Source: Dimorphilus gyrociliatus (Eukaryota; Animalia; Annelida). From it: a DNA stretch of 64,000 nucleotides. Shown piece after piece: positions 26,942-39,125 of the stretch. Under the pieces are notes generated by a model that made no database searches, was not told where the DNA came from, and saw only the letters and a list, made by a program, of their open reading frames with translations. The stretch spans positions 2,247,988 to 2,311,987 of the forward strand of contig CAJFCJ010000005.1 of assembly GCA_904063045.1 (NCBI GenBank). The letters are read 5' to 3'. Every line of letters starts with the position of its first letter. The stretch's first letter is position 1. Position numbers and translations under genes: made by a program.

Positions 26942-28368
26942 TGTGACGTCACAAGCCACAGTGAGAATCCCGAACTCACTTGTGAGATTTGAAAACGACA
27001 TTTATTTTATAGGATTTTTTTTACTCTCTTACATTAGCAACTAAAATTTGAAAATATTTTTTAATTTGTCAATATGAAACTTTTGATTTGAAAAAAAACC
27101 GACAAAAACGTGCATTTTGTTTAAAATTATGAAAAAAAACAGTTCAAATAGAAAGTATAGTTCTTTTCGTATAATTTAGAAAATATTATTCGAGAATACG
27201 TTGTAAATAAACAAAGTACTTTTGTTAAAATATGTGAAGTAGTGACGTCACAAACTCTCTGTACTATATTATTATAAATTTTATCAAAAAGTTCAGAGCT
27301 TGAGGAAAAAAAAATGCTTTTTATTAAATCGTTATGTTAATAAATAATTAAATTAACATAAGAACTAATGTGATATCATGTTTGTGCTAAATTAATCATT
27401 GATTATAAATAAGTTATGTGATAAGGAAGTGAAGATGATAATTTTTTTATATGTACTTTATGTTTGGGAGTTTCCACTGAATAATCACACATAAACATTT
27501 ATGTTTAGCATAAACATGTATAAAGGTTTTGCAGGCAATTAACCAAAACTATATTCAACTAAAGAGCTTTTATTTAAAATATATATAATGTTAAAAAGCA
27601 GAACGTTATTAGTTTTTTTAAAGCTTAATCTCATGGTAATATAAAAAATGAAGAAGCAGTAGTCATTATCTAAATTCTCATTTCCGGAATCATAAAATAG
27701 CTCTAAAGATGTCAATCAGAGTTATTGTTTAAAGGAAATTTAAATGAAACAAAACAAGGTGTTGTCTTATTTTATCTGAAGATAGGCTATAATAAGTTTG
27801 TGATAAAATGCACACACATAAAAAAAAATAGCCGTTTCGCTATTTTTAACTTACTTTTCGCCCACTGATAAATGTTGATCGCATTGCTTCAAGATATATA
27901 TATATGTCTGTATATGTATAAACTTAGATATATATATATATATATTTGTAACAATAGTCTAAATATTAAAAATTTTCAATAAAACTATCCTTCAAGGAGT
28001 TTTCGAGATAATAGGGAATATTCATTAAATTATTGAACAGATTCGTTGAATAGAAGGACATAGATACTAGTCAGTAATTAATAAAGTTCGCAACATTAAA
28101 AATCAACCAGTAGATGGCACTCTTTTGCTTACACTTTTTATATATTGCTGTTTCTGGATTACCAATGACGTCATTAAGATGGCGGCGAATCTTCTCAACT
28201 ATTGAGGGAACCACCGGGAATTCGCAGAAACTTTCGTCTTAATTTATCAATAATTTGATCACATCATACTTTTACATATTTTCCCTTCCTCTACGAAACA
28301 GGATTAACAAACTTTGTGAAAAAGAGCATTTTTTAAGGGATTTACCATTAGTAAATAGCGCCATCTGA
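26942..28368. promoter_or_regulatory. Divergent Jupiter/schnurri control region: three CRE palindromes (26944, 27243, 28166), CTCF-like sites (28107, 28358), YY1-type AAGATGGCGGC (28176), kappaB-like sites
   Basis: Motifs read directly between the divergent ATGs at 26853 and 28381. Confidence 0.6.
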
Positions 28369-28380
28369 AAAACGACTAGC

Positions 28381-31300
28381 ATGGAAGCTGCCAAAATCGG
28401 TATGACCTAGTTTATTTTTCTAATTAAAACTCCTATATTATTTTGTCTACTGCATGAAAATCTGTAGCCGTAAACTCATGTGATCAAATTAGACGTATGT
28501 TAACTTTTTGACTTAATTTCGAATAGGGGAATCTCCGAATAGGGAAATTCGGAGACGAAGGGGATGCCCTGTATTTTGTTTTTATGTAACACCGATCATT
28601 GTGTAATTAATCAACGTAGGTTTTTATCAATAATCTGTTTTTACTATTAATATTTTATTTTTCATTTTTAATCCATCATCGAATTCATACATGTTTTTCA
28701 CGTGACATTACTTAGCATGACAATAATAGTTGGAATGTGTTAATATATATATATATATATAGCTGCAGTATTTATTTCACTTTATAGGTGTATACAGCTT
28801 CTGCGATCTCATGATACACTGCAAAATAAAAGATTTTGCTAGTCGATTCTGTATTGATAATTATTGCTGACTTCGCAATTCCTGTAATGCGAACAACATT
28901 GTTTGTTTGCATTTAATATTCGTTTAACGTATTTCCGTACCTAGCAAATCTTTACTCTTTTTTTCTAACCATGCTACACAAACGTGTGTTGAATATTTAC
29001 AGTAGAGAGTCAAGTTCATGAAAAGCAACCTTTATCAATATCGGTACTTCCGTCAGATGGCAATACTAGTCGGTCGGAGTCTCCATCATCCAGGGATGAG
29101 AAAAAGTCACGATCTTTGGAGGCGCTTTTTCAGGTATTGTTTACTTAAATATATAACAATTTTTTGTACTAATATCAAATTAGGAAGTTAGTTTAATCTC
29201 TTTCTTTCTCTCTCACACTTTCTTATCTTTTTTTATCAGGTTACTCATGAGGAACTTCAGCATATGTCAAATAAAAATACGTCCGACGCTAGAACAATCT
29301 ATTTAGTGAAAGAAGGCAATGTTTTACACCAGATTCAATCATCGTCACCGAGTAATGTTGGGCAGGTTATTATTTTTTATTCATATCAACAGATATATCC
29401 GCCCACACAACTTAGTTCTTTACACCTTTCTTTTTATTTCTTTTGCACTGCAAATAGGTTCAACAATCAAGCGCGCAAAATTCTAATGTTTTCGCAACGT
29501 TACTAATGTCAAATCCGGATGGAACAACAACACCAACACCCGTTATTATAGCACAGCAATTTAATCAAGTTCAATCCGAAGCTACTGAAGTTCAAATTCG
29601 AAACGATAATGAAGGACAACAAATGTTTCCTTACAGTCCTACACCTCCAAATGTGGGTAGGAAGCGGAAGCATCCACAAAAGCCTGGAAAATATCAATGC
29701 TCATACTGTGGCCGATTATGCGCTAAGCCAAGCGTTTTAGAAAAGCATATTAGAGCCCATACAAATGAACGACCTTACCCTTGTACAATGTGCAGTTTTT
29801 CCTTCAAGACCAAGAGTAACTTATACAAACATCAAAAATCTCGTCAACATCGATCAAAGGTATCTGAAATAAGTGGTAGAGAAGGCTCTAGTCTAGATTT
29901 AGTTAATCAGCATTCCTTGGACGATGACCAAGAAGATAATGGAATTGCTGAACCTTCTTTTGATGAAGAAGACAAGGATGAAAGCAAAGACAAGCAATCA
30001 GAGGCAGTAGACATATTGCGAATTTCTGCTGATCAACATAAAGGATCACAAGTTCAAGTCCGTAGTAATGACGGAAATACCTTATATATTATTAACTCTG
30101 ATGATTTGGTTCAATTGGTCTCTAGGCACGTTGTTACATCAAGCCAAAGTACAGTGGGATCTACAGCTGTTGACCTTTCCGCAAGTTCTTCTTCTTACCT
30201 TCCTAAATGGAAGAGTACAGAGGGTACATCCGATACAAGAACTCCACCTCGAACACCAGTAACACATCTTCATAAATCTCAGTCAATATCAAATTCCAAG
30301 GATATACAAGAAAGAATTGAAAAGTTAATAGAACAAAACACAAACATTTTACAAGCTCCTATGGCTGAAGCGCCTCGGCCTAAAAAGCCGTCGAGACAAA
30401 ATAGCATCGCTGATAAATCCCAGCAACCCGGCTCTTATATCCTGGATCAAAATGCCATGGAACAAGGTATTCTGAGTTTGGCAAACTTAACAAACAAAGG
30501 CGAAGGCTCAAATCGTCTGCCACAACAGTTTACTATTCAAATACAAGTGCCTAAGGAACAATGTGACGCATCTAGTGTTCCAACAGAAAGCTTAGCGCAA
30601 AAGTATATTTGCACTTGTTCTGCAAAGTTTTCAACAGAACAAGATCTTATTGCCCATAAGGCGAACTGTGCTAAGTCAACCCAGCCAATAGCACCAAAAA
30701 TAAATACCTACGGAAGAGATTTGTATATTGAACACGTTGATCCCACTGAAAAATTGAAAAAGGGCAGACCAAAAGGCCTAAAAAATAGGGTATCTACATC
30801 AGATGATGTCGGTCGACCAAAGTTACGCTTAGATATTCCAGCACCAAACATAAATTTAGGCGGACAAGGTTTAGTTGATAGTCCTGTTGTGCTAGTAACG
30901 CCCACAACGCCTAGAACTCCTGATACTAGTACGAAAATGAAATTGAAATTGAAATTAATGCAACGCTCTATAAGCCAGGAAAAGCCTACGGAAACGACTG
31001 AGACCGGGAGGCAATCTCCGCAGAGCGCACCACCTCTGCAGAAATATTCTCCTCAGGATCCATCTCAATATCATCCACTCAAAAAGAGACCTATTAAAAT
31101 GGCTTCAGTAAATGATAGCAAAACAGCTATTGTCGAAGGGAATCAAGTGGAAGACACTCTTCCTAAAAAACGTTCGTCTCATGGAATCTCAAAATTAGCA
31201 TTAGATGGTGATGTTACAATACTTCCGAATTCTTCGGCTGTCGTCCACCAAAAACGTGAAACCGATAATTCATCTGCCATTAGTGTTACACCAACCAGTA

Positions 31301-34300
31301 TGATTCAAATGGGCTTAACGCCTAATCAAAACCTAATTCCGGTAGTAGAGACTGAAACTTTTCCCGATAAATCGCCGATTGTAATAGAATCAACCGCTTT
31401 AGATTTGCGACTGCCTTCTGTTCAAATATCGGAACCGAAACTGTTGTCTCACGCTGCCACTATAACTTCTTTACCTTTATACGAGCAGCAGGTTCTGACT
31501 GTTGGAAAAGAACTTTTGAAAAAGTATATGCCATCAGTTAACATCAATTTGTCATTGGAGGAAGATTCCCCCGTTGATCCATCTTCACCGCCACCGAAAA
31601 GGAAGAAGTTAACTCGCCAAAACTGCTTAGAAGAACCAGACAAATCACCCACAAATACACAAATTTCTGCTGATAAACGAGTATCAACCCCACTGTCGTC
31701 ACCCACTAAGCTCCCTTGGGAAAAGGTGACACTCGCTTTATATTTACATGGTCATAATTACCCACAAATGAGAACTGGTACTCATGTTACGTTCTGCTCT
31801 CTGTCTCGATTACAGCCTACATATGTTGAAACTGGGCAAAGACATATTTCAATGTACTCTAACTGGAAAACAACATCACACAACCCAAATCCTGATGGTC
31901 TAACATCAAGACTACTATTAAAATTGCATAGACTATACAGAGAGAACTATGATCCGAAAGTTGTGGTTTCTAAGAGAACGAAAACGGGTGAGGCAGTCAT
32001 GACTCATTCTTCTTATTGGACAAATAAGATGGACAAGAGCGACGGGAAGGATGAAGAGAAGGAGAGTCCTCAGCTGGAAGCTTCGCTGAAATTAGAAAAT
32101 TTAGTTAAAAAGAGCATGAAAGAACGAGATGTGCCGCCTCCTCCTACTTCTTCTGTCCCCCCTATTATCTTGATTGACAGTTCAGATAAAGAAACTTTAG
32201 TGAGTCAAAGTAACGTTGTTATGCAATCGAGTAATGTTGAGTTACTACAAGTCCCCGACTCTGCTACTCGGGTCGATCGGGTTCATTTGACCCGTCAATT
32301 GAGTGTCGACGAAGAATTGCAAAGGCATTATTTTTTGGCGGTTAAGGCTCCTAAACTAGAATTAACTAAACGGTCTGCCACCACTGACGCCACAGGGAGA
32401 AGACCACAAGTTACCAAGGTAATTGGAGGATTTAAAACGGATGAAACTTATACCTACGTTAGGGGGAGAGGTCGAGGGAAGTACGTTTGTTCTAGTTGTG
32501 GAATTCGTTGTAAAAAGCCTTCAATGCTTAAGAAGCACTTGAGATCTCATACCGAGCTCAGGCCATATAGATGCTTACAGTGCTCTTTTAGTTTTAAAAC
32601 TAAAGGCAATTTGACAAAGCACATGAAGAGTAAAGCCCACCAGAAAAAATGTATAGAGAGCGGTATTGTTCCAGTACCTTCAGCGGTTGACGATGGAAAT
32701 ATCGATCAGGACCTACTAAGAAGACAAATGGCACTGGAAGAACAAGTTGCTAGCCTGGAGCATTTGCCAGACGATGACGAAGAAGAAGATGCTAATGTAC
32801 AAACTGTAGATCATGAAGTGACAATAGTGGGAGACGAGCATGTCGTTGAAGGGTGAGTCAGAGAAAATAAGAAAATATATAATATACAATATATTATTAT
32901 TATATATATATATAGTATATACCAGAGAAACTAAATAATAAATGCATATATTCTATATATATGCTATATATATATTATACAGTATATATATATATATATA
33001 TATATAAATTTACAGTAGCTTCTATACACTTTACCCTTTCCTTTCATTTTTTTTTATTACGCCTTCATTTTCTATTTTTAGAGAAGAAATTGTAATGACA
33101 AGTAACGATTGGTCAGAAGATGCTGAGGCATCTGGTAAATTAGTTAATATAATACAAGAGGAACAAAACCCTCAATATATAACCAAGGAACAAGCTGAAC
33201 CAATTGCGATTGTAAAAACACATGGTTGGTAATGGGTTGTAAATATACAGGTAATGGTGAAATTTCAGTACTTTTTCTTTCCAGATACATCAATAAAAGC
33301 TCCAAGAGCGTCTTTAGACAAAGAAATTGCAGCACATAGTTTACTTGATTTGAGTTCCGGCAAGCAAGATGAAGAAGACGAAGCAGAAAGTGTTCAAGGT
33401 CAAGTGATTGGGAGGAAAAAGTCTAGAAAGCCAGATAAACTATTCATAAATCTTCAAGATATGCCCACTAAACTATCGACGATAACAATGAAAACACCTT
33501 CCGTCGAACATGCAGCGGAAGATATATCTCGTCATCTTTCCGGTTCAACTGCAGGTTTTATTCCGCCCAAGGCCAACCACGAAGCGGTTATTGTTGAACC
33601 CTTACCAAGAAATAGACCTGAAGACTTGGAAGAAGAAGAGAGTGGCATCAAAATACAAAGGATTAATCTGAAAAATGATAAGGAATTACAAGCTAGACCA
33701 ATAATGGTGGATGATTCGGAGAGTCTTGTTAATGGAAAATATTTATGCAAGACTTGCGGAACTACGTTTTCAAAGCTGCAGCAATTTAATATGCACAAAA
33801 ATGTACACGCAGTTGAAAGACCGTGGAAGTGTAAAGAGTGCAACGTTTCTTTCCGAAACGAAGGTCAATTGCAGAAGCATCACCGTAGCGAAACGCATGC
33901 AAAACAAGTTGTTATTCTGCAACAATTCGGAGCTGTTTCTGCTGAGAATCCCCGACCTTATCAATGCCATCACTGTAATATCGGATTTAGAGTTCACGGA
34001 CATTTAACGAAACATTTAAGATCTAAGGGCCATGTTCAAAAATTGGAAGCTTTATCTCTGCTGCCCCCCGGCTCTTTGGGTATATTAGAAAAGAGAGATT
34101 TAAGCGAAGTAGACGCATCGGATTGCGATACAGCGTTGAACTCTTTGAAAAATATTGTAGAGGAAAGCGAGCAACAAAAGACTAAAAAGAATACGACACA
34201 AGAGAATGAATCCTATCGTTTGAAGTGCGGTTTATGCCATATGAAAAATTTTGAGAGCATTCATAAATTACAGGTATATTTACTCTCAAACTCCTGCATT

Positions 34301-34652
34301 TAACAATCTTTTTTCAATTTATCCTCGTCTTTTTCTTTTTAATAAGGAACATATGAGTTTTACTCATCTTGAGATTAGACCCTACGTCTGCCAATATTGT
34401 GACGCGGGCTTCACAAATGCAGACAAACTTCAACAACATATGTCCTCTCACGTCCAGGTTAGAAAGCGCTCTTATTCGATTAGACGTTCTAATTTCACGC
34501 TTTTTATTTTACTATAGGACTCGAAATGGCATACCTCATTGAACGAATCGGAAGTGACAACCTCTTCTGAAGACGAGGAATCGAAAAAAAGAAAATTAGA
34601 CGAAGACGACGACGACGAAACTTTCATACCAAATAAGAAATCTGGAAGCTGA
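28381..34652 (+). CDS. shn: Schnurri/HIVEP ZAS zinc-finger transcription factor with 10 predicted fingers
   Basis: Two ZAS pairs (CAKPSVLEKHIRAH/FKTKSNLYKH; YVRGRGRGKYVC...KKPSMLKKH/FKTKGNLTKH), one CCHC finger and a C-terminal finger cluster. Inferred 5' exons 28381-28399, 29057-29133 and from 29240 are phase-compatible. Confidence 0.95.
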
Positions 34653-35298
34653 TGTAAAGAAAAAATAAACAGTTACAATAGTTAAAAAGAGAATTCTATG
34701 ATTAAAGATTATCTTAATCTGAAAAAAAAAGAAAGAGAAAAGAAAACATTAACATAACGATGAGAGAAAGAAAAAAAAACTGTTATCCTTGTTAATCTTG
34801 TAAATAATTACGACTTTAACATTCCGAGCCTCTCTTTTTTTTGCGCTTATGTACATAAGTATACATAATACATTACAAATGAACGACAATATTGTAAAAA
34901 AAAAAGAATGTTTGGGTAATCTGATTACCATACGTTGTAAAAGTTGATGGAAATGTATTATAATACATTTATAACGGCTTCTAATAAGCTCCGTTATAGG
35001 TGAAAAGGCGTGTACACCTGAGCGGCGTTCTTTGTTGCAGTGTAGAATACCTTCCCCAACGTCTAATAAGATGCCGAAGCCGGAAATTCTAGTTCGTTTA
35101 TCACCGACGCTAGCCGTTATAGGCCTGATACTTTTCTCTGCCAATACATATGCATAATACAGTATATAGATAGAGAGATACGCAATATTCAAAGCTTATA
35201 AAGCCTTATTATATAAGTAGCTTTAGCTAGGGGGTTTTAAGCATCTTGCACGCCTGTACAGTTTTTTTTCCTTGTTTGCTATTAAAGATGAAGACGTA

Positions 35299-35615
35299 GT
35301 AACCATAGTAACGTCGTGTAAACTAGCCGTTGTTAGAATGTGACAAGATTAGCTTTGCAAACTATGGAGCTGTAGAAAATATAGGACTAAGTTTAATTTT
35401 AACTGTTTTCTTTGCGCCATACGCAAACTTTAATAAGGAAAGAACGGCGACGCGTAACCAGACTATAAAAGTAGAGGCGCACACCGCATTGGCATTTTTG
35501 CTGTCGGCGTGGCGGGAACGCCGCATGAAAATGGCTATAGCAGATTCATACGGTACAATTCAATCAGTTTTTCTGCATTTCAATTGTTTCTCTCGATACT
35601 ATTGAAAAAGGTAAA
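35299..35615 (+). promoter_or_regulatory. Candidate promoter and first exon: X-box GTAACCATAGTAAC, TATA box TATAAAAG (~35464), Inr-like GCATT (~35492), donor AAAAG|GTAAAA (~35611)
   Basis: Motifs and spacing read directly; the downstream transcript is not established. Confidence 0.5.
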
Positions 35616-37755
35616 AATTGCATTTTCTCTTAGAATTATTCTTTAATTAAAGTCTATTGCAGTAGCAATTTTTTTTATTTCTCATTCAATACTATCTTTG
35701 TATTCCCCTACCTCTTCCCCCTTTGATTAAAATCGTTTTTACATGTGTACTCGTTCAATAATACTCTTTCTCTCTCTATCTATATATCTTTTTATCCACA
35801 GCAAAATATAGTTTATATAAATATATTAAAAAGTAAAATAGAATACCAACAGGTTACGACAGCTGACGCTTATTGCTGTATTAAAAAAAAATCTGCAATA
35901 TGTATTTTATTTTCTGTACCTGTTTTTTTTCTCTTTCTGTCCACTAATTTGCATTTTAACCCCTTTTATGGGATAGCTATACGAGAAAAAGTGAGATTTA
36001 TAGGGCTATCTTTATGGAAACATACGATTTCTATGCTTTTAGAGTTTAAATATAAGGGAGGAAAGCTGTAGAGGACTTCAGTGTCTCTAATAGGCCTAAC
36101 CTTAAGCAAATTAACAACGATCTTGGTGTGCTTCACGATTCGTTAAGGAATGAAGGTTGTAGTGAGGAGAAAGAACAAAAGGTCGGTTTGAAATTAGACG
36201 CTCGTTACGTTTATTCATAAGGACAATAAGAAATGCTTTCAGGATATTTTATTTAGTTATACAGAGTGACATAGATATATTGTAGATGTATATACTCTAT
36301 ACATATATATGTTTTCTTTAGATTCGTATATATAAAAAGTATAGACAAACAGATAATATGCATTATATAGTATTTAATATATATGCATGCATGCAATATA
36401 GTACGTATAGAGTAGGAAAAAAAGGAAGGGAGACGCCGCACACGTATTCGATTTTCGCGTCGAAAATGACTCATCAATCGGACGTGCGGAGTGTTGTTAA
36501 TATTTACAAGATTTCGACGCCGAATACGTACGCTCGGAATGTCATCATTGATTTTTCCCCCATTTTCCACGCACGTTCCTATTAAGTTCCCTATTTTCGA
36601 ATGAGCTTAAGTGAGTCCGATTTTATGCGATGACGACGACAAAATAAGTGTAACATGCAGAGTGAAAAACTTTATCAAATCTCCCCTTTCTCTCTCTCTC
36701 ATTCTCTGACTGCCTTCCTCCCCTACCGAATCCAACTTAATTTCAAGTCTAATTACATTCCGGCTTCGGTCCGTTCGATGTGCGCTGGTACTTAGTCTCT
36801 TTCTCTTTAGTTGATGAATCTCTCGATTATCGATTAACTCATTAAATTGAGATTATTACTAGGGCTCCATGCAATCTCCTTAAAAGGGGGTGGAGTAAGA
36901 AAACGGGGCTCGAAGGTTGAAATGTAATTTCAGAGAGCTCTTCTCTTTGTTTTTAATGAGGATTAAGGAAAGAATTTTGGAATCGGTTAAACTAATATTA
37001 TCCTCTCCCGACTCCAGCCAGGGCAATAAAACAAAAGGCTTTTTTTTATTCCATTCTACGCTAGCTGCCGAAAAAAACTGCATTAGCGAATGTCGATGTT
37101 AATTGCAGGCGCCTACCGCAAACGGGTGTCCGATGTTATTACCTTGATTACTAAAGCTATTTCGATCGTATTTCAGCGTTATCCCCTGATGGGAATTATT
37201 ATTATTATTACTATTGTTATTAGTGTTTTTATATCCTATTCAAAGGAGAAACTTACGTTTATTCCTCTTTCACCCTTAAATAATTTTTTTTTCACGCCGT
37301 TTGTCAATCGATAGTCGTTGTTTGTCCGATACCGATCGAGTTGGATTAAGTGGCAGGCAACTTTGACGGATTATCAGTTCTTAGTAAAAAGAGGGTAAAA
37401 AATAAGTAGAGGGTGAGAAGCGGGGGAGAAGGATAAAGGATATGCGGGGATAAAGAAACGGTTTTCTGCTTTGATATGTCTCCCTTTATTTATCTATTTT
37501 CACCCTTTTCTTTTAGTGTATTTATCCATTTTCTACGAATAAAAATAATAGATTGGTCTTGTCCGACTGCAATGACAAACGCCCGAAGCTCCCGAATGAA
37601 ATAATCGCCAAGTCAATTTCGAATGACGAATGAACAATAGAATGATGGTGGTCCTTATATATACTTACGATTGTATGCATATATAAAGCACGCCTCTCTA
37701 TCTGCCACTCTCTTCATTCTTTTTTCCGCCAATCTCACTCTTAACCCCCTCCCCC

Positions 37756-37756
37756 C

Positions 37757-37789
<33 letters not shown>
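37756..37789. repeat. (CT)n microsatellite; similar GA/CT tracts near 40433, 41424, 42632, 51723, 52030, 52134
   Basis: Direct reading. Confidence 0.9.
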
Positions 37790-39125
37790 AAACAGCTCCA
37801 CAGACTATACTTTACGACGACGCGGTATATATGAACTTTATTAGGAAGACGCCCGAAGCTTTTCGGCTTAGGAGTAATGAGTTTTTCACTTAATCGACGA
37901 CAGATTTTTTTTCTTCTTCTCCTGCCAACGATGACTTCAAACGAGAGTTTATTTAGAGATTGAAGAGGAAGGAAAAGAGCCGCCTGGAAGTCCTTACCGA
38001 TCCTTTTTACCCCTACGAATGAGAATGACTTGTAATAGGCCACTTACCAAACGATGAAAGAACTCCCTTCTGTAATTCGTACATCTACAATAGCAAGAAA
38101 CGCCTTGCCCCCTTAGTTACGTCATTCCAAACGTCCCAGATCGGGGCCGCGTTTAAACGTTGTCTAGAGACCCCTAATGAAGCGACGACGCTTTCTCTCT
38201 ATGTATGCTCCACCCCTTACGCATACATACACACATTTTAGAAATATATATGTATATAGGCGTCTATATATACTTATCTATGTGTATGTATAAGCGTATA
38301 TAAATATGCATTTACGCATAGGCCTAGTAAGTTCGACACAATGCGCTATTTGATTCGATTTTGTTTGCGCGACGCCCGACAGTTTGCACGCGAGTCTTCT
38401 TTGTTAAGCCGGAGGCGCGAAAGCCCAAGCTCTACTGCAATATCCCTTTTACGTCAACTGCAAAGAGAATTCATCCAGTTTTTTTTTTCTAAAACCAGGT
38501 GTGTTTGTGTTTAAGTTAAAGGCCTTTCCCTTTAAAAAAATTTTCCCTTTTTCCCAACTCGAATACTCTTTCTTCTCGGTAACTCCCACAGTCCCTCCTA
38601 CTATGCTTATTTCCTTAATAAAGACTAGAAAACGAGTATTCAGAGAACAGGAGAAAATCCCTAAGCTTTCCAGCGGATTAAACGACTATAAAAAAAAGGT
38701 TGAAAAAAAAAAGAGAGTATTAAACGGAATAGTAAATAAAGAGGAAAATGAAAATAAATAAAATAAAAAAGAAAAAAAAAACGCCGGCGTTTAATCCGCC
38801 TCTAGCGACTAGTCACGACACGGTAGCTTGTATTTGCTCTATCCTTCTACCGTTTTTTTTTCTGTTCTATCTATCTTTCTCCCTGTCTGTCTATCTCTGC
38901 CTGTCTCACTCTCTCACTCTCTATCTCGCCTTTCTCTTTTGTTTCCTTTTTTTTATCAAACAGTACTAAAACATCTTTTTTTCGCTGGCATCTGCAAAAA
39001 TTTTTTGCAGATTTGTCTTTTTTTTACCGAATAAGAGTAAGTATAAAAGAGTAAAACGTTTTCTATTTTCTAAAATAGATTAAGTGGAAGAGAGGCGCCA
39101 ATCTACTTTATCATTTTGGAGGAGA

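Noticed and set aside
36055-36220. ~55-codon plus-strand open stretch (GRKAVEDF...ARYVYS*)
   Set aside because: No start codon and no convincing phase-compatible upstream exon; could be chance in GC-richer DNA.
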